Part shown: positions 36,334 through 45,200 of the stretch, in pieces
How the letters are laid out: each line of letters begins with the position of its first letter
How positions within the stretch are numbered: position 1 is the first letter of the stretch
Assembly: GCA_016220165.1 (NCBI GenBank)
Contig: JACRIE010000042.1
Coordinates: 20,379 to 84,378, forward strand
Length of the DNA stretch: 64,000 nucleotides
Direction: 5' to 3'
Source: Candidatus Peregrinibacteria bacterium
Lineage (GTDB): Bacteria > Patescibacteriota > Gracilibacteria > UM-FILTER-43-11 > JACRIE01
The notes under the pieces: generated by a model
Seen by the model: only the letters and a program-made list of their open reading frames with translations
Told to the model about the DNA's origin: nothing
Database searches by the model: none
Translations under genes and position numbers: made by a program

Positions 36334-36633
36334 ATGGGTACAAAACTGTACGTCGGTGGTCTCCCCTATTCGACTACCGAAGAATCGCTTACTAGCGCAT
36401 TCTCCGCCGCAGGCGCTGTGTCGTCTGCCAAAATTATTTCAGACAAAATGTCTGGCCGGTCACGGGGATTCGGCTTTGTCGAAATGGCAACTCCCGAAGA
36501 AGCCCAAAAGGCTATCGAGATGTTCCACGGTAAAGAGTTCGAAGGTCGCACTCTGACGGTCAACGAGGCTCGCCCTCTTCAAGAAGGCGGACGCCGTTTT
36601 GATCGCGGTGGTGCCGGTCGAAGATTCGAATAA
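36334..36633 (+). CDS. RRM-type RNA-binding protein
   Basis: RNP-2 is KLYVGGL and RNP-1 is RGFGFVEM; Gly/Arg-rich tail. Confidence 0.85.
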   Translation: MGTKLYVGGLPYSTTEESLTSAFSAAGAVSSAKIISDKMSGRSRGFGFVEMATPEEAQKAIEMFHGKEFEGRTLTVNEARPLQEGGRRFDRGGAGRRFE

Positions 36634-36660
36634 GCCGGAGATCGTTTAAATACGATTTAG

Positions 36661-36695
36661 AAAAACCCTCCCCGCCTAGGCGGGGAGGGTTTTTT
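36661..36695. terminator. rho-independent terminator (bidirectional)
   Basis: AAAAA-CCCTCCCCGCC-ta-GGCGGGGAGGG-TTTTTT, between the RRM gene and the convergent tRNA-Glu. Confidence 0.85.
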
Positions 36696-36709
36696 AGTTT
36701 CTACTCCGT

Positions 36710-36784
36710 TGGTAGCGCCACGGAGAATCGAACTCCGGTTACCAGATTGAGAATCTGATGTCCTAGCCGCTAGACGATGGCGCC
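36710..36784 (-). tRNA. tRNA-Glu (anticodon CUC), CCA encoded
   Basis: Reverse complement is GGCGCCATCGTCTAGCGGCTAGGACATCAGATTCTCAATCTGGTAACCGGAGTTCGATTCTCCGTGGCGCTACCA. It folds as a cloverleaf with anticodon loop TTCTCAA and T-arm CGGAG-TTCGATT-CTCCG. Confidence 0.85.
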
Positions 36785-36838
36785 ATAAATGGCGTAGTCT
36801 ATTCTAGCAATCAAGCTTGTTTTGTAAAGAGCTGTCCA

Positions 36839-37363
36839 ATGGTACTTTTTTTGATCCTCATGCTGATCTTCGTGTTCCTCATGTTCCTCACGGTCTTCGT
36901 GAATTTTTATCTGATGGTGCCATTCGCGCCCAGCAACCGCCACGCCACTCAAGCGATGATCCAAGCCGTTCCCCTCAAGCCGACCGATATCGTTTATGAG
37001 CTTGGCAGTGGCGATGGCCGCCTGGCATTCGCGCTCAACAAGACTTACGGATGCGCCGTGGTTGGCTTTGAACTGGCCCCGCTTATTTTCCTCTGGGCCC
37101 AGCTGGTCAAGCTCCTCAAACGGAGTCCTAAGGTCACCTTCCTGATGAAGAACTTCCTGTCGTCCGACCTGAACCACGCGGACTATTTGTATTGTTATCT
37201 GACGCCGGGAATGCTCGATAAATTAGCTAAAAAAATCGAAACGGATCACTGCCACGCAACGATCATTTCTCATTCCTTCGCCATCCATCATTGGAAACCC
37301 TTCGAGATTATCCCCAAAGACATCACCCAAAAGACACCGGTTATTTATATTTACAAAACCTGA
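36839..37363 (+). CDS. class I SAM-dependent methyltransferase with N-terminal TM helix
   Basis: SAM-binding motif I is IVYELGSGDGRLAFAL. Confidence 0.6.
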   Translation: MVLFLILMLIFVFLMFLTVFVNFYLMVPFAPSNRHATQAMIQAVPLKPTDIVYELGSGDGRLAFALNKTYGCAVVGFELAPLIFLWAQLVKLLKRSPKVTFLMKNFLSSDLNHADYLYCYLTPGMLDKLAKKIETDHCHATIISHSFAIHHWKPFEIIPKDITQKTPVIYIYKT

Positions 37364-37383
37364 CGGTATACTATCGTTCGTAT

Positions 37384-37460
37384 GGGCGCTTAGCTCAGTT
37401 GGTTAGAGCGTCTGATTTACACTCAGAAGGTCAAAGGTTCGACTCCTTTAGCGCCCACCA
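37384..37460 (+). tRNA. tRNA-Val (anticodon UAC), CCA encoded
   Basis: GGGCGCTTAGCTCAGTTGGTTAGAGCGTCTGATTTACACTCAGAAGGTCAAAGGTTCGACTCCTTTAGCGCCCACCA. All four arms pair; the anticodon loop is TTTACAC. Confidence 0.9.
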
Positions 37461-38209
37461 GTCACTCCCCACCAATTCTTGAAACTCTTCCCTCCGACTT
37501 CCGGCAACATCCGCACCGTGGGAAGGGCCAAGGGATCTTTGAAGTCAATAAAAAAACCATGACTCGTGGTCCGCGCGAAGAGGTAGCCGGCAACGGCCAC
37601 GGCTTTTTGAACGCGCGCGTTCGTTTTACCTAAAGGATAACAAAAACTCACTACAGGCTTTCCTGTCATGGTTTCCAGCGCGCGTTTAGAGTCTGTGAGT
37701 TCTTGGGCAAGCGCCGCGTTGGAAAGCGTGGTTAAATCAGGATGGGTCACGGTATGGCTTCCTATTTCCACAACTCCGGAATCTGAAATCTCTTTAAGCT
37801 GAGCGGTCGTGAGATAGCTTGGTTTGTCCAGCTTCCCGGTGATCACAAACAGTGTGGCGCGCAAATGATATTTTTTGATCACGGGAAAGGCTCTCGTATA
37901 AAAATCTTCGTACCCATCGTCAAACGTAAGCATGACTGGGTTTTTGGGAATAGCGCCTGCTCCCAGATCGCTCATCGTCAGAGCGACAATTTGATGTTTG
38001 ACCAAAAAAGCGGCCAGCTTTTTAAAAGACGCAACCGAATAATACAAATTACGGCCGAAGGTGTCAGAAGCAGGAGGCGTGGACACATAATGAAACATCA
38101 GAATCGGCAAAAAATATTTAGAACCAGATTGAGCTTCTACGCCAGTCGAGACTCCGCTGAGCAAAAAAAGAGCTAAAAAAAAGCAAATTTTTCTAAAAAA
38201 GGGACGCAT
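37448..38209 (-). CDS. polysaccharide deacetylase family protein (secreted)
   Basis: Signal peptide; NodB motifs LTFDDGYEDFY and HTVTHPDL. The 3' end overlaps the tRNA-Val 3' end by 13 nt on the opposite strand. Confidence 0.8.
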   Translation of the reverse strand: MRPFFRKICFFLALFLLSGVSTGVEAQSGSKYFLPILMFHYVSTPPASDTFGRNLYYSVASFKKLAAFLVKHQIVALTMSDLGAGAIPKNPVMLTFDDGYEDFYTRAFPVIKKYHLRATLFVITGKLDKPSYLTTAQLKEISDSGVVEIGSHTVTHPDLTTLSNAALAQELTDSKRALETMTGKPVVSFCYPLGKTNARVQKAVAVAGYLFARTTSHGFFIDFKDPLALPTVRMLPEVGGKSFKNWWGVTGGR

Positions 38210-38212
38210 AGT

Positions 38213-38626
38213 TTAAATTAAATCCATAACTTTTAGAAAAAATTCTCTATCTTTCGGATGTGTCAGCAAATCTGCCGCCAATTCCTTTTCAATCCAGCGC
38301 GCCTCGGGGTTTTCAGGATCAATAGGTTTCAAAAATTCCTGATTCGTTTTAAAAAGAAACATCGTGATATTTTTAAACTCCGAAGGATCCTCCCCTCCGT
38401 CGGGAGCGATGCGATACCGCTGATAAGCGCCCAGCTCACGAACAAACGTAAGGTCTTGGATTCCGGTCTCCTCATAGATTTCGCGCTTGGCCGCCATCAT
38501 GGCATTTTCCTGAGACTCGATATGCCCCTTGGGCAAAGACCATGAATTACCGTGTTGATTCACCACCAACACTCGTCCATGAAGGTCCAATACCACGCCG
38601 CCTGCGGAATACGTTTCTTTAGCCAT
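38213..38626 (-). CDS. NUDIX hydrolase
   Basis: The NUDIX box is GHIESQENAMMAAKREIYEETG. Start set at MAKETYSAGGVV (38626), 5 nt after the upstream stop. Confidence 0.8.
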   Translation of the reverse strand: MAKETYSAGGVVLDLHGRVLVVNQHGNSWSLPKGHIESQENAMMAAKREIYEETGIQDLTFVRELGAYQRYRIAPDGGEDPSEFKNITMFLFKTNQEFLKPIDPENPEARWIEKELAADLLTHPKDREFFLKVMDLI

Positions 38627-38631
38627 TTGGA

Positions 38632-40197
38632 TTACGCTTTCTTTTTGAGTAGTGACATCATTTCCGGCGTCACAGCCCGAGTGGCATAAATAATTCCAAG
38701 ATAAACCACGCTGCCTATGGGTACTAAAATTGCTAATTGAGGAATCGCGCCCGCGTGAGGCAATAATCCCATACCTACCCATAAAACAAGACCCATCATT
38801 AATGCGGCAAAAATGAGCTTAGAAAAAGTTTTTAAATGAAGATAAAAACCAAGCTGTCTCTGCGCTACATGATAGGTAAAAATCAGAATCAGAAGCTCGG
38901 AAAAAACCGATGTGACAGCCGCGCCGCGAAATCCCCAATGAGCCACCACAAGAATATTGGAGATGATATTAAATAAGACCGCTCCCGCGTTGATGTACAT
39001 GAGTTTGACCTGTTTATTGAGGACTACTAAGGTGAACCCGAACAGTGAATTGATGAAGGAAAACGCCATGGCGAACATCAGGATTTTTACCGCGATATCC
39101 GAACCGTAGCGATATGTGTGTCCGCTGACGAATTGGGGATCGGAAATAAATTGTACAATGGGAACCGCTAGCACAAAGCCTCCCGCCAAAAGCGGCGCCG
39201 CAGACGCAACCAAAAAATCGAAAGAATACTGCATCAATTGACGGATTTTTTCGCTTTGCTCCTCGATATAACGGGTCATGATGGGAAGCACGGAATTCAT
39301 GAAATAAACCGGGATAATAATCATGACTTCCAGCATGCGCATGGCCACGCCATAAAGTCCAACCTCTGTGTCGCCACAGAGAGTCGCGTTACAAACCACG
39401 GCCCCATTTGCCACGGCGAGGCTATGCGGCAAGAAAGAGGAAAGAACAATCACGTTCACGCGAAAATAGATCGTGTTAAGAACCAAGGCCACGCCGTAAG
39501 GCAATGATTTTTTAAAAACATCCGCCCAAAAATCGAAATCAAATCGATACGTAATCGCGGTGTAGCGACGTGTATAGTAAGCCGTAATCACAAACATCAC
39601 AAGGTTAGCGATCACGCCGGCGAACAGCAGATGATAAAATCCCATGACCGGATCGCGAGGGAAGCCTATAAACGCCGCCCAGGCCATGTAAATCACGCTC
39701 ACGATTTTGCCTATTACAAGGCCGTACGTTGTGTAATTCATCTTTAGATGAACCTGAAGAACCGTTGAAATCGTGCCGTTGAGGATCGTAAATAAAGTGG
39801 AAAAAGTAGCCACGATAACACCGATGGGGATCAAGGTATTGCGATAGGTCGGCACCAAAAACACAACGATCGCGCCCAGAATCATAGCGATAAACGTCAG
39901 CAACGTCCGAAGCCCTAAGACATTTCCAAGGATGCGTGGGATTTGGCTTTGATCGCGGGACATCTCTTTGACCGTGATCGTATAGATGCCAAAATCCGCG
40001 ATAATGCCAAAAAAAGCGAGATATTGATAAACCGTCGTGTAATCGCCATAACCGGCCGTCCCCAAATAGCTCGAAATAATTTTGAGGATCACGATAGAAA
40101 GGGCCCCGGTGGCCACTTTTCCAAGGATCTGGACAAACGTGTTTTCGAGGATTTTACGGGCAATCGACATACACCACACTATACCGAAAATCACCAT
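38632..40197 (-). CDS. MOP-superfamily flippase (Wzx/MurJ-like polysaccharide or lipid II exporter)
   Basis: About 14 TM helices; the N-terminal pattern KILENTFVQILGKVATGALSIVILKIISSYLGTAGYGDY is typical of oligosaccharide flippases. The start may be Met 40170. Confidence 0.65.
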   Translation of the reverse strand: MVIFGIVWCMSIARKILENTFVQILGKVATGALSIVILKIISSYLGTAGYGDYTTVYQYLAFFGIIADFGIYTITVKEMSRDQSQIPRILGNVLGLRTLLTFIAMILGAIVVFLVPTYRNTLIPIGVIVATFSTLFTILNGTISTVLQVHLKMNYTTYGLVIGKIVSVIYMAWAAFIGFPRDPVMGFYHLLFAGVIANLVMFVITAYYTRRYTAITYRFDFDFWADVFKKSLPYGVALVLNTIYFRVNVIVLSSFLPHSLAVANGAVVCNATLCGDTEVGLYGVAMRMLEVMIIIPVYFMNSVLPIMTRYIEEQSEKIRQLMQYSFDFLVASAAPLLAGGFVLAVPIVQFISDPQFVSGHTYRYGSDIAVKILMFAMAFSFINSLFGFTLVVLNKQVKLMYINAGAVLFNIISNILVVAHWGFRGAAVTSVFSELLILIFTYHVAQRQLGFYLHLKTFSKLIFAALMMGLVLWVGMGLLPHAGAIPQLAILVPIGSVVYLGIIYATRAVTPEMMSLLKKKA

Positions 40198-40351
40198 TTT
40201 TTATCATTGACAAATCGATAAACTCATTGTCAATAGTGAGTCAATTCGAACTATTGACAAATTAATAATTTTATGGTAATTTATTAACCTTTCTCCGGAC
40301 ACTCAAAAACCAAAAAGCAAAAACCAAACGGATACGTTAACTAAGCCACGT

Positions 40352-41131
40352 ATGCGTCTTAAAGTTTTGCTCATTTTCTTGGCGTTTCAATTAAGTGCCT
40401 TTGGGCTCTATGCCGGCGTGCACGCCTTCTGGCCCTCTTTTGAGCAAAATATCATCGCCAAAACCGACCAAACCCTGAAGCCGGCCTCTTTCCGCCTAAG
40501 CGCTGAAGGAAAAACCACAAAAATCCCTGGGGAAACCAGTAATCTCATTTATGAGACAATCCGAAAATTGCCCGCGAATCATACAAAATCGCTTCAAAAA
40601 ATCGTCCTGGAATACAATCCGGAAGCCAGTCGCGGTATGGGCGGCGCTCGTACAATCATTCTTAAAAGCTACAACGTGTCCGTAGAAGAACTAAACGCGG
40701 TCCTCATTCACGAAATCGGTCATACGACCGATTTGGGATCGTTGCAAGCTGAAACCAATAGCGCGCCTTCGGAATTTAAAGACGGAACGCTCCCGATCTA
40801 TCAGGGCGACCCGAGCCTCGACTTTTACCGCATCAGCTGGGATAACGAAAAACAGATAAAAAGCGTTGCCAATAATTTCGATTTCGTTTCAGGCTACGCC
40901 ATGACAGACCCGTTTGAAGACTTCGCGGAAACCTATCTTTTCTACATACTCCACGACGACGAATTCCGCTTCCTGGCCTCCCAAAATGACGCGCTCCTGG
41001 CCAAATATAACTTCATGAAAAACACCGTCTTCGCTGGCCGCGAATATGCGGCCGCCCACGCGGCGACAACCGATTGGAACGCCTTCCTCCGCGTGTGGGA
41101 CGTGACGCTGCTGCCATATAGCGACTTTTAG
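40352..41131 (+). CDS. secreted protein with HExxH zinc-metallopeptidase motif
   Basis: N-terminal signal/TM helix and LIHEIGHTTD; no family recognised. Confidence 0.5.
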   Translation: MRLKVLLIFLAFQLSAFGLYAGVHAFWPSFEQNIIAKTDQTLKPASFRLSAEGKTTKIPGETSNLIYETIRKLPANHTKSLQKIVLEYNPEASRGMGGARTIILKSYNVSVEELNAVLIHEIGHTTDLGSLQAETNSAPSEFKDGTLPIYQGDPSLDFYRISWDNEKQIKSVANNFDFVSGYAMTDPFEDFAETYLFYILHDDEFRFLASQNDALLAKYNFMKNTVFAGREYAAAHAATTDWNAFLRVWDVTLLPYSDF

Positions 41132-41400
41132 TACCGGATCTCAAATCCTTCAAACTCCGCCGTGTACGCCTCGCGCACGACCTCGACTCTTTCGACCTGC
41201 GCCGTGCTTGGACCGCTGGCGCACCATTCGACGAACTGGTTCACAAGGTTGTCAGGCCCTTCGACCACGGCCTGAACCGTACCGTCCGCGCAGTTGCCGA
41301 TCCATCCAGTCACGCCCAATTCGAGCGCCTTCTGTTGGGCGCTGGATCGAAAAAATACGCCCTGCACACACCCGCGGATGATGAGACGGATACGAATCAT
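41128..41400 (-). CDS. acyP: acylphosphatase
   Basis: GCVQGVFFR and GWIGNCADGTV; 90 aa. Confidence 0.85.
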   Translation of the reverse strand: MIRIRLIIRGCVQGVFFRSSAQQKALELGVTGWIGNCADGTVQAVVEGPDNLVNQFVEWCASGPSTAQVERVEVVREAYTAEFEGFEIRY

Positions 41401-42032
41401 TTCTTCAGAATCTTAGAAAAAAACCAAAGCATCAGATAATAAATCGAATAGAGTCCAACGAGATAAACCGAAAAATTTAAAACGATTCCGGGCTGATGGA
41501 GCGTTCTCAGCATTTCATTCGCTGTGAATAAAGGGTATTGCAAAAGATCCCAACTATTAAACCGACGGATCAGACCCAAAAGAAGCCCTGCCGTAATTAC
41601 GGGAATAATGAGAATAGGAAAAAGAAATCCAACTAATTTTCCAAAAAAATGGCGGAAGATACGGGTCATACGTTCAAGCGAATACACAAACGTGGGGACC
41701 CCCAGCAAGGCGAAACCAAAGAAAAACATGATCTGCCACGCGCGATCCGGACATACGCGAAAAGTGGTAGGCGCGCGACAATAATCCAGCAAATGCCGGA
41801 TCATGGTGAATAGATAAACCGTATTAGGCAAAAAAGCGATCCATAAAAGAAAAACAAGAGTGAAGGGAACCCATTCGTGCCACGCTAAATTCCATTTTTT
41901 CGCTTTCAGCGTTCGATACAAAACGAATGACAAACAACACGGGATCAGAGCTAAAAAAACATTCCACGTGACATCCGAAAAAAAATAACGATTCACGTCC
42001 GTGCTGTACATAAAATCGAGGAAGGCTTTCAT
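41397..42032 (-). CDS. DUF1361-like integral membrane protein
   Basis: TWNVFLALIP and FLPNTVYLFTMIRHLL resemble the WNLFLAxIP / FLPNAPYxxTDxxHL pattern I recall for DUF1361. Confidence 0.45.
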   Translation of the reverse strand: MKAFLDFMYSTDVNRYFFSDVTWNVFLALIPCCLSFVLYRTLKAKKWNLAWHEWVPFTLVFLLWIAFLPNTVYLFTMIRHLLDYCRAPTTFRVCPDRAWQIMFFFGFALLGVPTFVYSLERMTRIFRHFFGKLVGFLFPILIIPVITAGLLLGLIRRFNSWDLLQYPLFTANEMLRTLHQPGIVLNFSVYLVGLYSIYYLMLWFFSKILKK

Positions 42033-42155
42033 AATTTTAATACGTAATTTGTAATCACTAAGTGATCCCTTTGGGACTCGTAATTGGTAACTTGTAGGTA
42101 TCCCGCTTTGGCGGGATGGTCGCTAATTACAAGTTACAAATTACAAATTACGTAT
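42033..42155 (-). repeat. about 125-nt structured element (copy 2 of 2), in the glmS to DUF1361 spacer
   Basis: The reverse complement aligns end to end with 25551-25680. Core is at 42087-42125. Confidence 0.7.
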
Positions 42156-44051
42156 TTATTTTACAGTGACCGATTTCGCCAAATTCCGAGGCATGTCGGG
42201 ATCCAGTCCGCGAAGTACGCTCAGATAATAAGCCAGCAATTGAATTGGGATAATGTTGACGAGGGGCGACGCAACGCCCACATCGGGGACGTGGATCCAT
42301 TCGTCAAAAACATCATGTCGCTCCGGACTCACGCCGATAATATAGGCGCCGCGGGCTTTGAGTTCCATTGTGTTGCTGAGCACATCCTCGCGGACTTCAT
42401 CGTTCGCCACAAAGGCGATGCAGGGCGTCCCATGGCTGACAAGCGCGATGGGGCCGTGCTTGAGTTCGCCAGCCGCGAACCCCTCGGCATGAATATAGGA
42501 AACTTCCTGGATCTTGATCGCCGATTCCAAGGCCATGGGGTAATTTTCAGCTTTGCCGATGATATATAAATTATTATGCTCGCGGATGAGTTGCGCGATT
42601 TCTTTAATATAAACCAGGAAGCGCGGATTGAGCATATCATTGATCTTTGAGGCCACTTCCGCCAGGAGCCGCCGGCCTTCCTGAAGGCGTTCTGTCATGG
42701 CGTAAGCGATGAGAAGCAAGAGCGTCATCTGGGATGTGGCCGCTTTAGTGGATGCCACCGCCTTCTCCGGACCGGCGTTGATCAAAAGCGAGGTGTCCGA
42801 TTGCCGCGCGATAGTGCTGCCAGCCACGTTGACAATCGAAAGCACGCGGGCTTTCTTCTTTTTCGCAGCCTCCATGGCTTCCAGCACATCCGCAGTTTCG
42901 CCGCTTTGGGAAATCACGACGAGCAAACTCTCGGGGCGCAGAAAATGATGATACACGGGAAATTCAGAAGCCGGAGCGTAATTCACATGACGCTGGGCGA
43001 TGATCGAAAAAAAGTATTCGCCGGCCATGCACACCTTGCCGGCCGTGCCGCAACCGGAAAAAAAACATCCGCGCGATTCGCGGATCGTCTGGGCGATTTT
43101 GAGGATATCTTCGTCACTCTGATCAATCGCGCGAAGAATCGTCGCCTTCTGTTCCATGATCTCCTTGAGCATGTAGTGATCATATTCCCCTTTCTCGGCC
43201 GATTCCGCTTTCCAGTCGATATTAACGAGACGTTTTTGGATCGGCTGACTTGTTTCAATATTTAAAAAATGCAGCGACGAGTGGTCAGTGACGAATTTTT
43301 CTTTCTCGTCTCTCGCCTGCCCCGAGCTTGGTCGAGAGGTCTCTCGTCTCTTGCTACTCGTCACTCGCCTGCCCCGAGCTTGGTCGAGGGGTCTCTCGTC
43401 ACTAGCCTCCCCATCTATGATCACCATCTCATTATCATCCAGATACATCACCTCCTGCGTGTATTCAAGAAACGCGGGAATATCCGACGCCACAAAATGT
43501 TCGTCTTGACCGATACCAACGATCAAAGGGCATCCGCACCGGGCCGCGATCAGCTGATGGGTGCCCACATTGATCGCCACAATGGCGTAACGCCCCTTAA
43601 GGCGGCGAAGAGCGGCTAAGACTGCCTCCTGAAAATTCATGGTTTTCCGATAACGCGCGATGAGCTGCGGAATCACCTCGGTATCCGTCTGAGAAATAAA
43701 ATACTCACGCCCCAATTCGTCGCGGATTTCCTTATAATTCTCAATAATCCCGTTCTGAACGACCGCCACGGTTTTGTCGCCGCTGAAATGAGGATGCGCG
43801 TTGATATCCGTGACGCCGCCATGCGTGGCCCAGCGCGTGTGACCGATCACCAAAGAGGCGGAGGTATTCTTAAAAATCTTCGTATCGATCCCGGAAATCT
43901 TGCCCACATGCTTCTCGACAAAAAGCTCACCGCCCCTGTCTGCGGCCACTCCCCACGAATCGTATCCGCGGTATTCCAATTTTTTAAGCCCGTCAACCAC
44001 GAGTTCGAGACCATTCGTCCGCGGCCCTATGTAACCGAAAATTCCGCACAT
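42156..44051 (-). CDS. glmS: glutamine--fructose-6-phosphate aminotransferase (isomerizing), with a 44-aa repeat-derived insertion
   Basis: N-terminal MCGIFGY nucleophile, two SIS domains, C-terminal PRNLAKSVTVK. Confidence 0.9.
   Translation of the reverse strand: MCGIFGYIGPRTNGLELVVDGLKKLEYRGYDSWGVAADRGGELFVEKHVGKISGIDTKIFKNTSASLVIGHTRWATHGGVTDINAHPHFSGDKTVAVVQNGIIENYKEIRDELGREYFISQTDTEVIPQLIARYRKTMNFQEAVLAALRRLKGRYAIVAINVGTHQLIAARCGCPLIVGIGQDEHFVASDIPAFLEYTQEVMYLDDNEMVIIDGEASDERPLDQARGRRVTSSKRRETSRPSSGQARDEKEKFVTDHSSLHFLNIETSQPIQKRLVNIDWKAESAEKGEYDHYMLKEIMEQKATILRAIDQSDEDILKIAQTIRESRGCFFSGCGTAGKVCMAGEYFFSIIAQRHVNYAPASEFPVYHHFLRPESLLVVISQSGETADVLEAMEAAKKKKARVLSIVNVAGSTIARQSDTSLLINAGPEKAVASTKAATSQMTLLLLIAYAMTERLQEGRRLLAEVASKINDMLNPRFLVYIKEIAQLIREHNNLYIIGKAENYPMALESAIKIQEVSYIHAEGFAAGELKHGPIALVSHGTPCIAFVANDEVREDVLSNTMELKARGAYIIGVSPERHDVFDEWIHVPDVGVASPLVNIIPIQLLAYYLSVLRGLDPDMPRNLAKSVTVK
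43275..43406. repeat. CGTCAC-family element, two tandem units plus inverted arm, in frame in glmS
   Basis: CTCGTCTCTCGCCTGCCCCGAGCTTGGTCGAGAGGTCTCTCGTC and CTCGTCACTCGCCTGCCCCGAGCTTGGTCGAGGGGTCTCTCGTCAC, preceded by CGACGAGTGGTCAGTGACGA. Confidence 0.85.
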
Positions 44052-44054
44052 AAT

Positions 44055-44077
44055 AAAATTTTATTTCATAAAATTTT
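44055..44077 (-). promoter_or_regulatory. 23-nt A/T palindrome 3 nt upstream of the glmS ATG
   Basis: Minus strand reads AAAATTTTATGAAATAAAATTTT, then att, then ATG. Confidence 0.6.
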
Positions 44078-44140
44078 CACACCTGACAACTGACATCTGA
44101 CACCTGACTTTTCTTTTTTATTTTAATTTTTTGTCAGATG

Positions 44141-45088
44141 TTATGTGTCATGTGTCAGATGTTCTTTATACCACTGCACCGTCTCCTTCAGCCCTCTATC
44201 AAAATCAATTTCAGGCTTCCATCCGAGCTCCTTCCTTATTTTACTGGAATCGACGGCGTAGCGCACGTCATGCCCCAAGCGATCCGTCACGAACTCGATG
44301 CGGTCCTCGGAAAGACCAAGGAGTCGAATGATCGCCTTGGCGACATCCAGATTGATGTGCTCATTGCCCGCGCCCACATTATAAACTTCACCCAGTCGCC
44401 CCGTATGCAGGACTAAATCGATCGCGCGGCAATGGTCGGAAACATGGAGCCAGTCGCGGATATTCTGGCCTTTACCGTACACGGGAACGGTCTTGCCCTC
44501 CATGAGCCGCTTCACAAAAAACGGAATGATTTTTTCTGGAAACTGGCGCGGTCCGTAGTTATTCGCGCATCGGGAAATGACTGCGGGCAGTCCGTACGTG
44601 CGCTGGTACGCGCTAATGAGGAGATCCGCCGCCGCCTTCGAGGCGGCGTAGGGCGAACTCGGCTTCAGTCGATCGTTTTCAGTGAAATGCCCCTTCACGA
44701 TATCGCCGTACACTTCATCCGTGGAGACCTGAACGTAGCGTGGATGCTTGTGCTTCAATGCCGCCTCCAAAAGCGCCTGGGTGCCCAAAATATTGGTTTG
44801 CAAAAATACCTCCGGCCCCGTGATGGAGCGATCCACATGCGTCTCCGCGGCGAAATTCACGATCACGTCCGCCTCCCCGGCTAGCGAATCAACCAGCTTC
44901 CGATCCGCGATATCCCCCTGTACGAAACGATAATTCGGATGACCTACGACCTCTTTGAGGTTGTCCGGATTCCCCGCGTACGTCAATTTATCCAAATTGA
45001 TGATTGGATAATCCGGATGTTCCTTAACCAAATAATGAATAAAGTTGGAACCGATGAACCCAGCTCCACCCGTGATAAGAAGCCTCAT
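44141..45088 (-). CDS. rfbB: dTDP-glucose 4,6-dehydratase
   Basis: TGGAGFIGSNF and YAASKAA (YxxxK); overall RmlB pattern. The last six codons (HLTHDT) lie in an intergenic-type hairpin arm. Confidence 0.85.
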   Translation of the reverse strand: MRLLITGGAGFIGSNFIHYLVKEHPDYPIINLDKLTYAGNPDNLKEVVGHPNYRFVQGDIADRKLVDSLAGEADVIVNFAAETHVDRSITGPEVFLQTNILGTQALLEAALKHKHPRYVQVSTDEVYGDIVKGHFTENDRLKPSSPYAASKAAADLLISAYQRTYGLPAVISRCANNYGPRQFPEKIIPFFVKRLMEGKTVPVYGKGQNIRDWLHVSDHCRAIDLVLHTGRLGEVYNVGAGNEHINLDVAKAIIRLLGLSEDRIEFVTDRLGHDVRYAVDSSKIRKELGWKPEIDFDRGLKETVQWYKEHLTHDT

Positions 45089-45142
45089 AATTCGTAATTA
45101 AAACGCAGAAAAAATCCTATCAAAAAAATCCGTCCTTAGCCA

Positions 45143-45171
45143 TTGCTTTTATAACGACAAAATGGTATAAT
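45143..45171 (+). promoter_or_regulatory. sigma70-like promoter
   Basis: TTGCTT, 17 nt, TATAAT, 30 nt upstream of ATG 45201. Confidence 0.5.
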
Positions 45172-45200
45172 AATTAGATTTAATCTTTAATCCCAAAGAT

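Noticed and set aside
36287-36556. 89-aa ORF overlapping the RRM gene in another frame.
   Set aside because: The RRM frame has canonical RNP-1 and RNP-2 motifs. The alternative frame has no features and would lack its own promoter.
44052-44140. glmS ribozyme upstream of glmS.
   Set aside because: Only about 90 nt separate glmS from rfbB, and they are filled by the A/T palindrome and a word hairpin. There is no room for, and no motif of, the ~170-nt ribozyme.
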